The notes under the pieces: model-generated
Told to the model about the DNA's origin: nothing
What the model saw: the letters and a program-made list of their open reading frames with translations, nothing else
The model's database searches: none
Assembly (NCBI GenBank): GCA_021813145.1
Contig: JAKALS010000001.1
Span: 67,515-131,514, forward strand
Direction: 5' to 3'
Length of the DNA: 64,000 nt
Source: a bacterium
GTDB lineage: Bacteria > Patescibacteriota > Microgenomatia > Levybacterales > UBA12049
Shown: one piece after another, positions 1-8,768 of the stretch
Numbering within the stretch: the first letter of the stretch is position 1
How the letters are laid out: the number at the start of each line of letters is the position of its first letter
Position numbers and translations under genes: made by a program

Positions 1-231
1 CTTTCGAAAAAATATAAAGGCGAAGACAAGACAAGGAACATTCTTTCTTTTTCCCAGTCGGAAGGGGAGCCAATGAGGTCTCCTGTTGATATCTTAAGAC
101 TTGGTGATATTGTACTTTCTTATCCGCAGGTTATAAGGGATGCGTCAAGAGACGAAATGCTGGTGGACGATAAGGTCGACGAGTTGGTTGAACACGGACT
201 GATGCATCTTTTGGGAATACATCATGAATAA
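1..231 (+). CDS. ybeY: Endoribonuclease YbeY, C-terminal fragment (5' end outside window)
   Basis: Frame-1 translation ends ...DELVEHGLMHLLGIHHE*. The H-x3-H-x5-H zinc-binding motif is typical of YbeY. Confidence 0.6.
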   Translation, partial: LSKKYKGEDKTRNILSFSQSEGEPMRSPVDILRLGDIVLSYPQVIRDASRDEMLVDDKVDELVEHGLMHLLGIHHE

Positions 232-326
232 AAGATTTTCCATTTTCCACTATCCATTTTCCGTTTAAAATCTTGGAATCAATGGAAAATGATGAATGGC
301 GATCGGTAAATTAAACGAAGCGAACT

Positions 327-1772
327 ATGGTTTTTTACAGGAAATACAGACCCCAAAAAATAGAGGAGTTGGACAGCGAATACGTAAGGGAAAATTTGTT
401 TTCCGCTTTTTCCGGCAATTCATTTACTCACGCTTTTCTTTTTACAGGACCAAAAGGTTTGGGAAAAACTTCTACCGCAAGAATTGTTGCAAAAGTAATT
501 AACTGCGAAAAGCACAATCTGGAGAAAAAACACAAAACAAAAGAAGAGATAGAGCCATGCGGTAAATGCGAGCAGTGCGTTTCGATTACAAACGGCAGCA
601 ATATGGATGTTTTGGAAATAGACGGGGCATCAAACAGGGGAATAGATGAGATAAGGGATTTAAGGGATAAAGTAAAGCTGGCGCCTTTTAAGGCAAATAA
701 AAAGGTTTACATAATTGATGAAGTGCATATGCTTACAACAGAGGCTTTTAATGCTTTGCTAAAGACTCTCGAGGAGCCTCCCGCACACGTAGTTTTTATA
801 TTTTGCACGACCGAACCCCATAAAATCCCCGCAACCATACTTTCAAGGTGCTTTCAGATAATGTTTAAAAAAGCTTCGGAAGAAGAGCTTGTAAGATCAT
901 TCCAAAGAATCGTAAAAGGAGAAAAAATAGATGCAGACAAGGAAGGGCTTAAGGCAATAGCTCATTTATCGGACGGGAGCTTCAGGGACGGAGCAAAAAT
1001 TCTGGAAGAAATGACGCTTCTTTCAAACGGGAAAACAATAACGAAAGAGCTTGTAGAGAAAAAGTACAGGCTAGTTAATGTAGATGCCAGAGTAGAAAAA
1101 ATGCTTTCCTTATTAAAGGAAAAAGACAGGGAAAAAGCTTTTAAGCTTATCGCGGAGCTTATGGAAAACGGAATAGACATAAAATACTTTTTGGAACAGC
1201 TCATTCAAAGAGTCCATGAAAATTTGCTTGAAAATGTCGGAGTACTGGAGAAAAGGGAAGGGACAAAATTCGAGTTGGAGGAAATCAAAAGGCTTGCAAA
1301 TCTTTTATCAAAAGCATACCTCGAGACAAAAACTTCTCTCTTGGAGCAGATGCCGCTTGAGCTTTTAGTGGTCGAATGGACAGAGGAAAATGAAGGAGAA
1401 GTCTTGCCGCATGTTGAAGGAGACGTTCAGGAATCAAAAAGTCAAGGAAAAGTTTCCTCGCCTTCACTAAATGAAAGTCGGCTAACTGGAAAAAATCTCA
1501 ATAAAAATTTAGGCGAAAAGCCGGCCGCCAACTCTAAAACGGACAAGTTGTTTATGGAATTAATAGAGAAGGTTAATGAGCATAACCGTTCTGTTGCGGG
1601 ATTTCTAAGGGGCTGCAGCATAAAAAGTTTTGAGAGCGGAAAGCTGACTCTTGAAACAGGGTATAAGTTTCATAAGGAAAAACTCGAGGATGCAAAGACA
1701 ATGAAAGTGCTCGAGCAGGTAATGGAAGAAATAAATGGAAATAAAGTTGATATAATAATATTATTAAAATAG
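327..1772 (+). CDS. dnaX: DNA polymerase III subunit gamma/tau
   Basis: YRKYRPQKIEEL N-terminus, Walker A GPKGLGKTSTARI, CGKCEQC zinc module. Followed by ybaB and recR, the classic dnaX-ybaB-recR arrangement. Confidence 0.9.
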   Translation: MVFYRKYRPQKIEELDSEYVRENLFSAFSGNSFTHAFLFTGPKGLGKTSTARIVAKVINCEKHNLEKKHKTKEEIEPCGKCEQCVSITNGSNMDVLEIDGASNRGIDEIRDLRDKVKLAPFKANKKVYIIDEVHMLTTEAFNALLKTLEEPPAHVVFIFCTTEPHKIPATILSRCFQIMFKKASEEELVRSFQRIVKGEKIDADKEGLKAIAHLSDGSFRDGAKILEEMTLLSNGKTITKELVEKKYRLVNVDARVEKMLSLLKEKDREKAFKLIAELMENGIDIKYFLEQLIQRVHENLLENVGVLEKREGTKFELEEIKRLANLLSKAYLETKTSLLEQMPLELLVVEWTEENEGEVLPHVEGDVQESKSQGKVSSPSLNESRLTGKNLNKNLGEKPAANSKTDKLFMELIEKVNEHNRSVAGFLRGCSIKSFESGKLTLETGYKFHKEKLEDAKTMKVLEQVMEEINGNKVDIIILLK

Positions 1773-1783
1773 GAGGTGATTTT

Positions 1784-2062
1784 ATGAATAATCCATTTTC
1801 GCAATTAGGAGATCTTAAAAAAATGAGGGATCAGGCCATGAAGATACAAAAAGAACTTCAGGGGGAAGAAGTAAGAGTAGAAAAAAACGGAGTCGAAATC
1901 CTTATTTCGGGGGATCAGAAGATAAAAGAGATAAAAGTTAACGGCAAAGGAGATAACGATATAAAAGAAGCCGTGAATGAGGCAATCAAAAAATCACAGG
2001 AAGTCGCGGCCAGAAAACTTGCTTCTATGCAGGGGGGGCTCGGAGGCCTCTTGGGCCAGTAA
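1784..2062 (+). CDS. ybaB: Nucleoid-associated protein YbaB/EbfC
   Basis: 92 aa. The N-terminus LGDLKKMRDQAMKIQKEL matches the family. Lies immediately downstream of dnaX. SD TAGGAGGTGA. Confidence 0.85.
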   Translation: MNNPFSQLGDLKKMRDQAMKIQKELQGEEVRVEKNGVEILISGDQKIKEIKVNGKGDNDIKEAVNEAIKKSQEVAARKLASMQGGLGGLLGQ

Positions 2063-2067
2063 AGCCG

Positions 2068-2970
2068 ATGAAAATTTTCAGCGGAAGTTCCAATAAGATA
2101 TTGGCAACCAAAGTCGCAAAAGATTTGGGGCATGAACTTTCTCCTGTCGAGATTTTTGTTTTTCCGGACCTTGAAAAAAGGATAAGAATACAGGAAAAAG
2201 TACTCGACCAGGATTGTCTTGTCATACAATCCGCCAGCATACCCCCCGACGAATTCTACATGGAGCTTTTCATAATGATAGACGCCCTCAAAAGATCGGG
2301 GGCAAAATCTGTTAAAGCTCTTATTCCGTATCTTGGTTATCAAAGGCAGGATCATATATTCAGGGAAGGTGAGGCGGTTTCTTTGGAGGTCATAGCAGAA
2401 ATTCTCCAAAGGGTAGGAATGACCGAGCTTTTTACTTTTGATTTACATTCCCCTAAAATTCCGGATATTTTTTCGGTGCCCGTACGCCATCTTTCCGCCT
2501 TACCGACATTCTCCGAAATGATTAAAAAGGACTTTGATCTTAAAGAAATCGTTCTCGTGTCTCCCGATATGGGGGGAATAAGAAGAATTAAAGAAGTTTC
2601 CGAAATGCTAGGCAACATTCCGTATGTAAGCGTAGAAAAAAACCGGGATTTGGCAAGCGGTGCAATTAATGATACCTCGGTCTCCGGCGATGTCCGGGGA
2701 AAGACGGCCATAGTCGTAGACGATATGATTTCTACCGGTATTACGATGGTGGATGCTGCAAACCTTTTGTTGGATAACGGAGCCTTGAAAGTATATTGTT
2801 ATGCGACTCACGCAGTTTTTGCCAAAGACGCCGATAAAATTATGCAGGGTTCAAGAATAGAAAGGGTAATTGTTTCGGATACGATTGCAATTCCGGCTTA
2901 TAAACTTTTTCCAAAACTTGAAGTGGTATCCGTTGCAAAAGTAGCTGCAGAAGCCATAAAAAAATTCTAA
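2068..2970 (+). CDS. prs: Ribose-phosphate pyrophosphokinase (PRPP synthetase)
   Basis: 300 aa. MKIFSGSSN...LA N-terminus. PRPP-binding loop VDDMISTGITM. Confidence 0.9.
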   Translation: MKIFSGSSNKILATKVAKDLGHELSPVEIFVFPDLEKRIRIQEKVLDQDCLVIQSASIPPDEFYMELFIMIDALKRSGAKSVKALIPYLGYQRQDHIFREGEAVSLEVIAEILQRVGMTELFTFDLHSPKIPDIFSVPVRHLSALPTFSEMIKKDFDLKEIVLVSPDMGGIRRIKEVSEMLGNIPYVSVEKNRDLASGAINDTSVSGDVRGKTAIVVDDMISTGITMVDAANLLLDNGALKVYCYATHAVFAKDADKIMQGSRIERVIVSDTIAIPAYKLFPKLEVVSVAKVAAEAIKKF

Positions 2971-2984
2971 TTTTAAATTTTAAT

Positions 2985-3593
2985 ATGATAATTCCCAAAG
3001 CTGTCCAAAATTTAATTGACTCTTTTGAGAGGTTGCCCGGGGTAGGACCTAAAACAGCGCAAAGATTAACCTTTTATCTTTTACACGTGCCTCAAGGTGA
3101 ATTGGATAAATTTGCCAATTCGCTTCAAAGTTTAAAAAAAGATACAGTTTTATGTTCGATATGTTATATGATAGGCGAAAGCGATCCCTGCGGGATTTGC
3201 ACCGATTCAAGAAGAGATCATTCGACAATTTGTGTCGTTGAACAACCTCTGGATGTCCTTGCGCTTGAAAAGTCGGAGAGGTACAAAGGAATATACCATG
3301 TTTTGCACGGAAAGATTGACCCTTTGAATAATATCGGTCCGGACGAAATATTCATCGGTCAGCTTATTCAAAGGATTAAAAATAAAAAACCGGGAATTAA
3401 AGAGATGATAATTGCGACAAATCCGACCATGGAAGGTGAAGCTACGGCGATGTATATTGCCAAACAGGTTAAGGCTCAGGATCCTGAAATAAGGATAACA
3501 AGGATAGGCAGAGGTCTTCCGATAGGTGCGGATTTGGAATATGCCGACGAAATTACCCTGCAAAGGGCCCTTGAAGGAAGGAACGAATACTAA
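2985..3593 (+). CDS. recR: Recombination protein RecR
   Basis: LPGVGPKTAQRL helix-hairpin-helix, C4 zinc finger CSIC...CGIC, Toprim region. Confidence 0.9.
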   Translation: MIIPKAVQNLIDSFERLPGVGPKTAQRLTFYLLHVPQGELDKFANSLQSLKKDTVLCSICYMIGESDPCGICTDSRRDHSTICVVEQPLDVLALEKSERYKGIYHVLHGKIDPLNNIGPDEIFIGQLIQRIKNKKPGIKEMIIATNPTMEGEATAMYIAKQVKAQDPEIRITRIGRGLPIGADLEYADEITLQRALEGRNEY

Positions 3594-3622
3594 GTTAATC
3601 GTTAATTTAGTATAATGTTTCT

Positions 3623-4105
3623 ATGAATTCGGATGATGTTTTCGGAGAAGTTTTAGAAAAAGGCCAGCAGGCGGTCAAACAGACAACCAATGTTGTTTCG
3701 GATGCAGCGAAAATGGCAGCTGACCAGATAGCCGGTCAAAAAGATACTGCAGGAGATCAAGCCTCAAACGACTCAAGTACAGATATACAGGCGGCAAAAG
3801 ATATGGTAAAAGATTTTTATGCGCCTTCAAACCCGGGTCAGGCCCCTGTCTCCAAAGACCTTGTTGCACAAGAAGACGCCTCAAAACTTGCACAGGTAAA
3901 ACAGCAGCTTCATAACGAAGTCTATTATGACCCCTTGGTAAACAGGCCCAAAAAACAGGAGGAGGAAGAAAGGCCGGCGGAAAGGGTTGAAAGACAGGAA
4001 ATGGAGGATTTGCAGGCAGAACAGAAAAAACAAAAAGAAAAACCGGATTTTGCCATGCAAAGGGCCCAAAGACAAGCAGAAGTAAAAGGAGGAGTCTCGG
4101 GCTAA
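3623..4105 (+). CDS. Hypothetical acidic low-complexity protein
   Basis: 160-aa ORF rich in Q, E, K and A. No recognisable domain. Confidence 0.4.
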   Translation: MNSDDVFGEVLEKGQQAVKQTTNVVSDAAKMAADQIAGQKDTAGDQASNDSSTDIQAAKDMVKDFYAPSNPGQAPVSKDLVAQEDASKLAQVKQQLHNEVYYDPLVNRPKKQEEEERPAERVERQEMEDLQAEQKKQKEKPDFAMQRAQRQAEVKGGVSG

Positions 4106-4147
4106 GCCCGAAAAATTTAAAATTAAGGATTACGGATTAAAGAATTT

Positions 4148-5524
4148 ATGTTGAGATTATATAACACATTAACTAGAAAAATAGAGGATTTCAGTCCTAT
4201 AAATTCCCCCGGCGTCGGGATATATTCCTGCGGACCGACCGTTTATGATTACCAGCACATTGGACATATGCGAAGGTATGTGGGAGACGACATTTTGATA
4301 AGAGTACTTAAATACGACGGATATCATGTTAAACAGGTTATGAATATAACCGATGTCGGGCATCTTGTTTCGGATTCCGACGAAGGCGAAGATAAGATGG
4401 AAAAGGGAGCCAAAAAATTTGGAATGTCTGTTTGGGATATCGCAAAAAAATTTGAGCAACAGTTTTTGGAGAGCATGGACTTGCTTAACATAAAAAGGCC
4501 CGATGTTTTGATGCATGCGACGGATTACATTAATGATCAGATAGAGCTTATACAGATTTTGGAGGAAAAAGGTTACACTTACAGAACAGAAGACGGAATT
4601 TATTTTGATACTTCAAAATTTCCTGATTATTACAAACTTTCGAGGCAAAATCCGGAGGAGTTGAAAGCCGGTGCAAGAGTTGAAATGGTTGCGGGAAAAA
4701 GAAATGTCTCGGATTTTGCATTATGGAAGTTTTCTCCCAAGGGCGTTAAAAGGCAAATGGAATGGGAGAGTCCCTGGGGCAAGGGTTTTCCCGGTTGGCA
4801 CCTTGAATGCTCGACCATGTCCATGAAAGCCCTGGGGCCGTCTTTTGATATCCATACGGGAGGAATAGACCATATAAATATCCATCATACAAACGAAATA
4901 GCCCAGTCGGAAGCGGCAAGCGGAAGAAAATTCGTGAATTATTGGGTTCATCATGCCTTTTTGATGGTAGACGGTGAAAAAATGAGTAAATCTTTGGGAA
5001 ACATCTATACAGTAGAGGATATTATCCAAAAAGGTTATGACCCGCTTTCCCTAAGATATCTTTATTTGCAGACCCATTACAGGCAGGAAATGAATTTTAC
5101 TTTTAAAGCTTTGGAAGCCGCACAAAATGCACTTAAAAATTTAAGGGAAGAAGTTTCCAGATGGGACGAACAAAAAGGCCATATAGAGAAGTTCGATAAC
5201 CAATTTTTTGAGGCGATAAATGAGGATTTAAACATGTCTAAAGCTTTGGCGGTAGTCTGGGATTTGGTAAAATCAAAAAATCCAAGTTCTCAAAAAGCGG
5301 GAAGCCTTTTTAAATACGACGAGGTTTTAGGATTAAATCTTTCAAAAGTTAGAAAATTCAGAGAAGAGGACATACCGCATGCCGTTAAAGAACTTCTCAG
5401 GGAGAGGGAAGCCTTAAGAAAAGAAAAGAAATATCATCTGGCTGATGAAATAAGGCACAAAATAAAAAAAATGGGATACGATCTGGAAGATAAAAACGGG
5501 AAAACGGAATTAAAACCTCTTTAA
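4148..5524 (+). CDS. cysS: Cysteine--tRNA ligase
   Basis: HIGH motif (HIGHMRRY), KMSKS motif (KMSKSLGN), zinc-binding Cys and His residues. 458 aa. Confidence 0.9.
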   Translation: MLRLYNTLTRKIEDFSPINSPGVGIYSCGPTVYDYQHIGHMRRYVGDDILIRVLKYDGYHVKQVMNITDVGHLVSDSDEGEDKMEKGAKKFGMSVWDIAKKFEQQFLESMDLLNIKRPDVLMHATDYINDQIELIQILEEKGYTYRTEDGIYFDTSKFPDYYKLSRQNPEELKAGARVEMVAGKRNVSDFALWKFSPKGVKRQMEWESPWGKGFPGWHLECSTMSMKALGPSFDIHTGGIDHINIHHTNEIAQSEAASGRKFVNYWVHHAFLMVDGEKMSKSLGNIYTVEDIIQKGYDPLSLRYLYLQTHYRQEMNFTFKALEAAQNALKNLREEVSRWDEQKGHIEKFDNQFFEAINEDLNMSKALAVVWDLVKSKNPSSQKAGSLFKYDEVLGLNLSKVRKFREEDIPHAVKELLREREALRKEKKYHLADEIRHKIKKMGYDLEDKNGKTELKPL

Positions 5525-5740
5525 ACTCTCCTTGTAGGTTCAGACAGGGGATGTCCTAAATGCCTTCTTCTTGTGAATTCCTTGAGTATTTCCCATTCTC
5601 TGGTGTGGTCTACTAAAGGCGTAGGGGAGCCTTCAGGAGAATGCCCGACATTAACCTTTCCATGGTTGAATTTGGAAATGAAACCCTCAAGCATAAAAAG
5701 CTATGATCTGTAATTAGCGTAGGCTTTGTTTTAAGCCTTG

Positions 5741-6157
5741 TCAAGCCCCTTTTCGGGATATTTTTTCTTTCTGGATTTCGTATTGAGCTCTGCCAACCGC
5801 GTTTACAGCTTCAGTTCCGCTATTGAGATGGTCATATATTATAAATTTCGTGTCAGTAAACGCCTGGTCAAGGTTTCTTATTTGATTTGCGGGAAACACA
5901 ACATGGCCTTCTTCATCGAGCGAAAGTTTAAGCCCAAAAGTTCTCCATAATAGCTGCACTTGTTCAAAATGTTTGTCACCTTCACGTATTCCAAGTCCGT
6001 AATCGGAAAGTCGAACGGGTTCTTCTCCCTGTTGTTCCGCCTGCTCAATCTGGGCTTGAGTAAATAACGGACCTCCGAATTTTCCTTCCGGTATCGGTCT
6101 GTATTCTCCGGGCTTTAAAGGTCTCATTTCCGGTTCTTTTTCAAAATTAGTTGCCAT
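5741..6157 (-). CDS. Hypothetical protein
   Basis: 138-aa ORF. C-terminal KISRKGA* verified against the sequence. No recognised domain. Confidence 0.4.
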   Translation of the reverse strand: MATNFEKEPEMRPLKPGEYRPIPEGKFGGPLFTQAQIEQAEQQGEEPVRLSDYGLGIREGDKHFEQVQLLWRTFGLKLSLDEEGHVVFPANQIRNLDQAFTDTKFIIYDHLNSGTEAVNAVGRAQYEIQKEKISRKGA

Positions 6158-6423
6158 AATAGCCTTTCTTTTAAGCCACGAGCCGTTATACCACTAACAG
6201 CCTCAAAAGTCAAACCGATAGAGAGTTTAGGATGTAGGACTTAAGACAGGCTAAAAAAAGGTGTAAAACTATAACGCCTTCCCGGTGTGAACTTAACGTT
6301 TTGTGTGATAAATGGCACTGAAAAGATAAAGCTTAGAGTATAAGGTAAAACCAATTTTCTACGCAAGTTCTCCCCCTTAAACTGCGAATTTATCTGGATT
6401 GCCTAATTCTTAAATGAAAGGAG

Positions 6424-7563
6424 GTGAAAAATATGAAAAAACTAATGATAGGTCTTTCTTCCGCAGTATTAGGATTAGCTCTTTTAGTAGCTCCTACATT
6501 TGCAGCAACAGGATATACTCTTTTTGGGGGGGCAGATTATGTTTCTCCCGGAAATGCTTCATCAAGAGCAGTTGGGTTAGTATCAAATACCACTCATCCA
6601 TACAGTGGGATTGATTTTACTGTTCCAAACGGTGCTACCTTGGGTAATCTTACAGCATTAAGCACGGATTATAAGATTACGGTAGGAGATTGTGTTGGTG
6701 GTTCTCCAAGATTTTCCTTAAATTACGATAATAATCCGAATACCAATGTGTTTGTATATATTGGTCCAACTCCTAATTTTACAGGATGCACCCTAAATTC
6801 CTGGCAAAATACAGGTAATTTCATCGGAACATCTGATTTGAGGTACGATACCAGCCAGATGGGGGGAGCTTTTTATGATACATATTCTAATGCCGTATCT
6901 CTAACAAGTTCTCACACTCTTACCGGTATTTCTTTGGTCCTTGATGGGTCGTGGAAAACAGATCAGACCGTGCTAATAGACAATACCAACATTAATGGCA
7001 CGATTTATGATTATGAGTTACCGACTTATACTGTTACCATCGCCAAATACCTTGACGGTGTGCCTGCTTCTGCTGCTTTGACAGGAGGAGCATCCTATCC
7101 TATGATTGCCAGTTGGGATGCATTGAACATAGGAGCAGGAAGCGGATCTTACTCGTTAGGACCTACAGGCTTCAATAACCCTAATTCGTATCAGGCTACT
7201 ACTTCTCAGTTAACGCAAGGAGCAAGCTATTCAACATCGGAGGTTACAAATAGTACTTCTAATGTCCTGCCTATTGGCGCCACATGTCAATTGGGTAAGT
7301 ACAGGTTAGTCGGATACAGCACGGGTGATACATTGGCAGCTGCAGCGGCATCAACTCCTGTTTCTGCCACGCCAAGCTTCACAGACTTAACCTCCAATCA
7401 ATACATAATAGTATGGAATGAGTCTTGTACGGCTCCAACAAATAAGGATCAGTGCAAGAACGGAGGTTGGACAAAGTTCAACACACCGGTGTTTAAAAAT
7501 CAGGGGGATTGCGTAAGCTATGTCCAAAGTAATCCTAACGCAACAGGGAATAAAAGCAAATAA
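6424..7563 (+). CDS. Secreted hypothetical protein, N/T/S-rich with C-terminal Cys-rich region
   Basis: Signal peptide MKKLMIGLSSAVLGLALLVAPTFAA. SD AAAGGAGGTGAAAAATATG. Followed by a clean terminator. Confidence 0.5.
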   Translation: MKNMKKLMIGLSSAVLGLALLVAPTFAATGYTLFGGADYVSPGNASSRAVGLVSNTTHPYSGIDFTVPNGATLGNLTALSTDYKITVGDCVGGSPRFSLNYDNNPNTNVFVYIGPTPNFTGCTLNSWQNTGNFIGTSDLRYDTSQMGGAFYDTYSNAVSLTSSHTLTGISLVLDGSWKTDQTVLIDNTNINGTIYDYELPTYTVTIAKYLDGVPASAALTGGASYPMIASWDALNIGAGSGSYSLGPTGFNNPNSYQATTSQLTQGASYSTSEVTNSTSNVLPIGATCQLGKYRLVGYSTGDTLAAAAASTPVSATPSFTDLTSNQYIIVWNESCTAPTNKDQCKNGGWTKFNTPVFKNQGDCVSYVQSNPNATGNKSK

Positions 7564-7579
7564 AATTGCTTTTTATTAA

Positions 7580-7616
7580 GACAACTCCTCGACTTGCGGC
7601 GAGGAGGTTGTCTTTT
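7580..7616 (+). terminator. Rho-independent terminator
   Basis: gacaactcctcg-acttgcgg-cgaggaggttgtc hairpin (about 12 bp with one bulge) followed by a TTTT tract. Confidence 0.65.
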
Positions 7617-7672
7617 GGGAATTTGGGATAGACGTTGACATAGAATCTAATTTTCATTATCATTCCTAAGTT

Positions 7673-7849
7673 ATGCCTTCACTAGAAAATGAAAGAGTTC
7701 GTTTGCCTTCGGCCTTTACGGTTATACCCTTTAACGCACCCGATATAGTAGCAAGGGTTTTAAGAGAAGCTCGCCAGAGAAAGGGTGCCACGCCGCCGGA
7801 AACTGCCGGGACAGTTGACAAAAAAGTAAATCCACGAGAAACTAAATAG
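7673..7849 (+). other. GC-rich element: either a 58-codon sORF (MPSLENERVRLPSAFTVIPFNAPDIVARVLREARQRKGATPPETAGTVDKKVNPRETK) or a structured 5' leader of the downstream gene
   Basis: Uninterrupted ATG...TAG frame ending 3 nt before the next start. Local GC and codon choice (gcc, ccg, cgc) are atypical for this genome. No SD. Confidence 0.25.
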
Positions 7850-7852
7850 TAG

Positions 7853-8764
7853 ATGGAAAATTTGGGATATTCAAAACCTCTTTATATTCTTCCTTTTGAC
7901 CATAGGTCTACTTTTGCCCAAAAAATGTTCAATAAAAGTTCATTAAATGATTTATCCGAAGAAGAAAAGCAAATGATTAAAGATTTTAAGATGATTATCT
8001 ATGAGGGTTTTAAAAAAGCGGTGACAGGGGGAATTCCAAAAGAGTATGCGGCAATATTGGTAGACGAAGAGTTCGGAGAAGAGGTTTTAACCGATGCCAA
8101 ACAAAACGGATTCATAACGATTCTCACAACAGAAAAATCCGGACAGGAAGAGTTTGATTTTGAGTACGGGGAGGATTTTGCGGCTCATATAGAAAAACAT
8201 TCCCCAATCTTTGCAAAAGTTCTAATAAGATATAATCCCGAAGATCCGGAAGATTTAAGACACAGGCAACTCGAGAGGCTAAAAAAGATAAGCGTTTTTT
8301 GTAGGGAAAATGGTTTTAAGTTTTTACTCGAGGTTTTAGTAATAGCAAACGAAAAGCAAAAAGAAGAAACGGACAATTCAAAGGAAAAATTCGATGACTT
8401 ATTGCGTCCGGCTTTAACGGTCGCGGACATTAAAGAGCTTCAGGATTTTGGCATCGAGCCCGATATATGGAAACTCGAGGGTTTTGATACGGCACAGCAT
8501 TATAAAGAAATTGTAGAAACGGCAAAAGAGAACGGCAGGGAAAATGTTAGTCTGGTAGTTTTGGGAAGAGGAGAAGGTGAGGAAAAAGTCGAGGAATGGC
8601 TTAGGATAGGAAGCAAAGTTAACGGAGTCGTAGGATTTGCCGTAGGGAGGACTGTTTTCTGGCAGAGTCTGGTTGACTTTAAAAACAGAATAAAAACAAG
8701 AGAAGAGGCAGTATATACAATAAGCGCCAATTTCACCAATTTTTACAGGATTTTTACTTCTTAA
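7853..8764 (+). CDS. Class I aldolase-like protein (DUF2090 / LacD tagatose-bisphosphate aldolase-like)
   Basis: N-terminal LYILPFDHRSTF resembles the ALAFDQRG motif of the LacD/DUF2090 family. 303 aa. Family assignment is by recollection only. Confidence 0.4.
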   Translation: MENLGYSKPLYILPFDHRSTFAQKMFNKSSLNDLSEEEKQMIKDFKMIIYEGFKKAVTGGIPKEYAAILVDEEFGEEVLTDAKQNGFITILTTEKSGQEEFDFEYGEDFAAHIEKHSPIFAKVLIRYNPEDPEDLRHRQLERLKKISVFCRENGFKFLLEVLVIANEKQKEETDNSKEKFDDLLRPALTVADIKELQDFGIEPDIWKLEGFDTAQHYKEIVETAKENGRENVSLVVLGRGEGEEKVEEWLRIGSKVNGVVGFAVGRTVFWQSLVDFKNRIKTREEAVYTISANFTNFYRIFTS

Positions 8765-8768
8765 ATTT

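Noticed and set aside
296-502. 68-aa + strand ORF overlapping the dnaX start
   Set aside because: It lies out of frame with dnaX and has low-complexity K/R/F-rich composition. Shadow ORF.
327-1772. Programmed -1 frameshift site in dnaX (A AAA AAG)
   Set aside because: I found no A-AAA-AAG heptamer with a downstream hairpin in the gene. A single tau-type product is assumed.
962-2811. Several minus-strand ORFs inside dnaX, ybaB and prs (962-1204, 1285-1467, 1915-2409, 2352-2711, 2608-2811)
   Set aside because: They are antisense to well-supported conserved CDSs and have no SD or homology. Shadow ORFs.
7673-7849. Specific riboswitch identity (ZTP, fluoride, guanidine) for the GC-rich leader
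   Set aside because: I could not match any consensus confidently by eye. It is left as an unassigned structured element or sORF.
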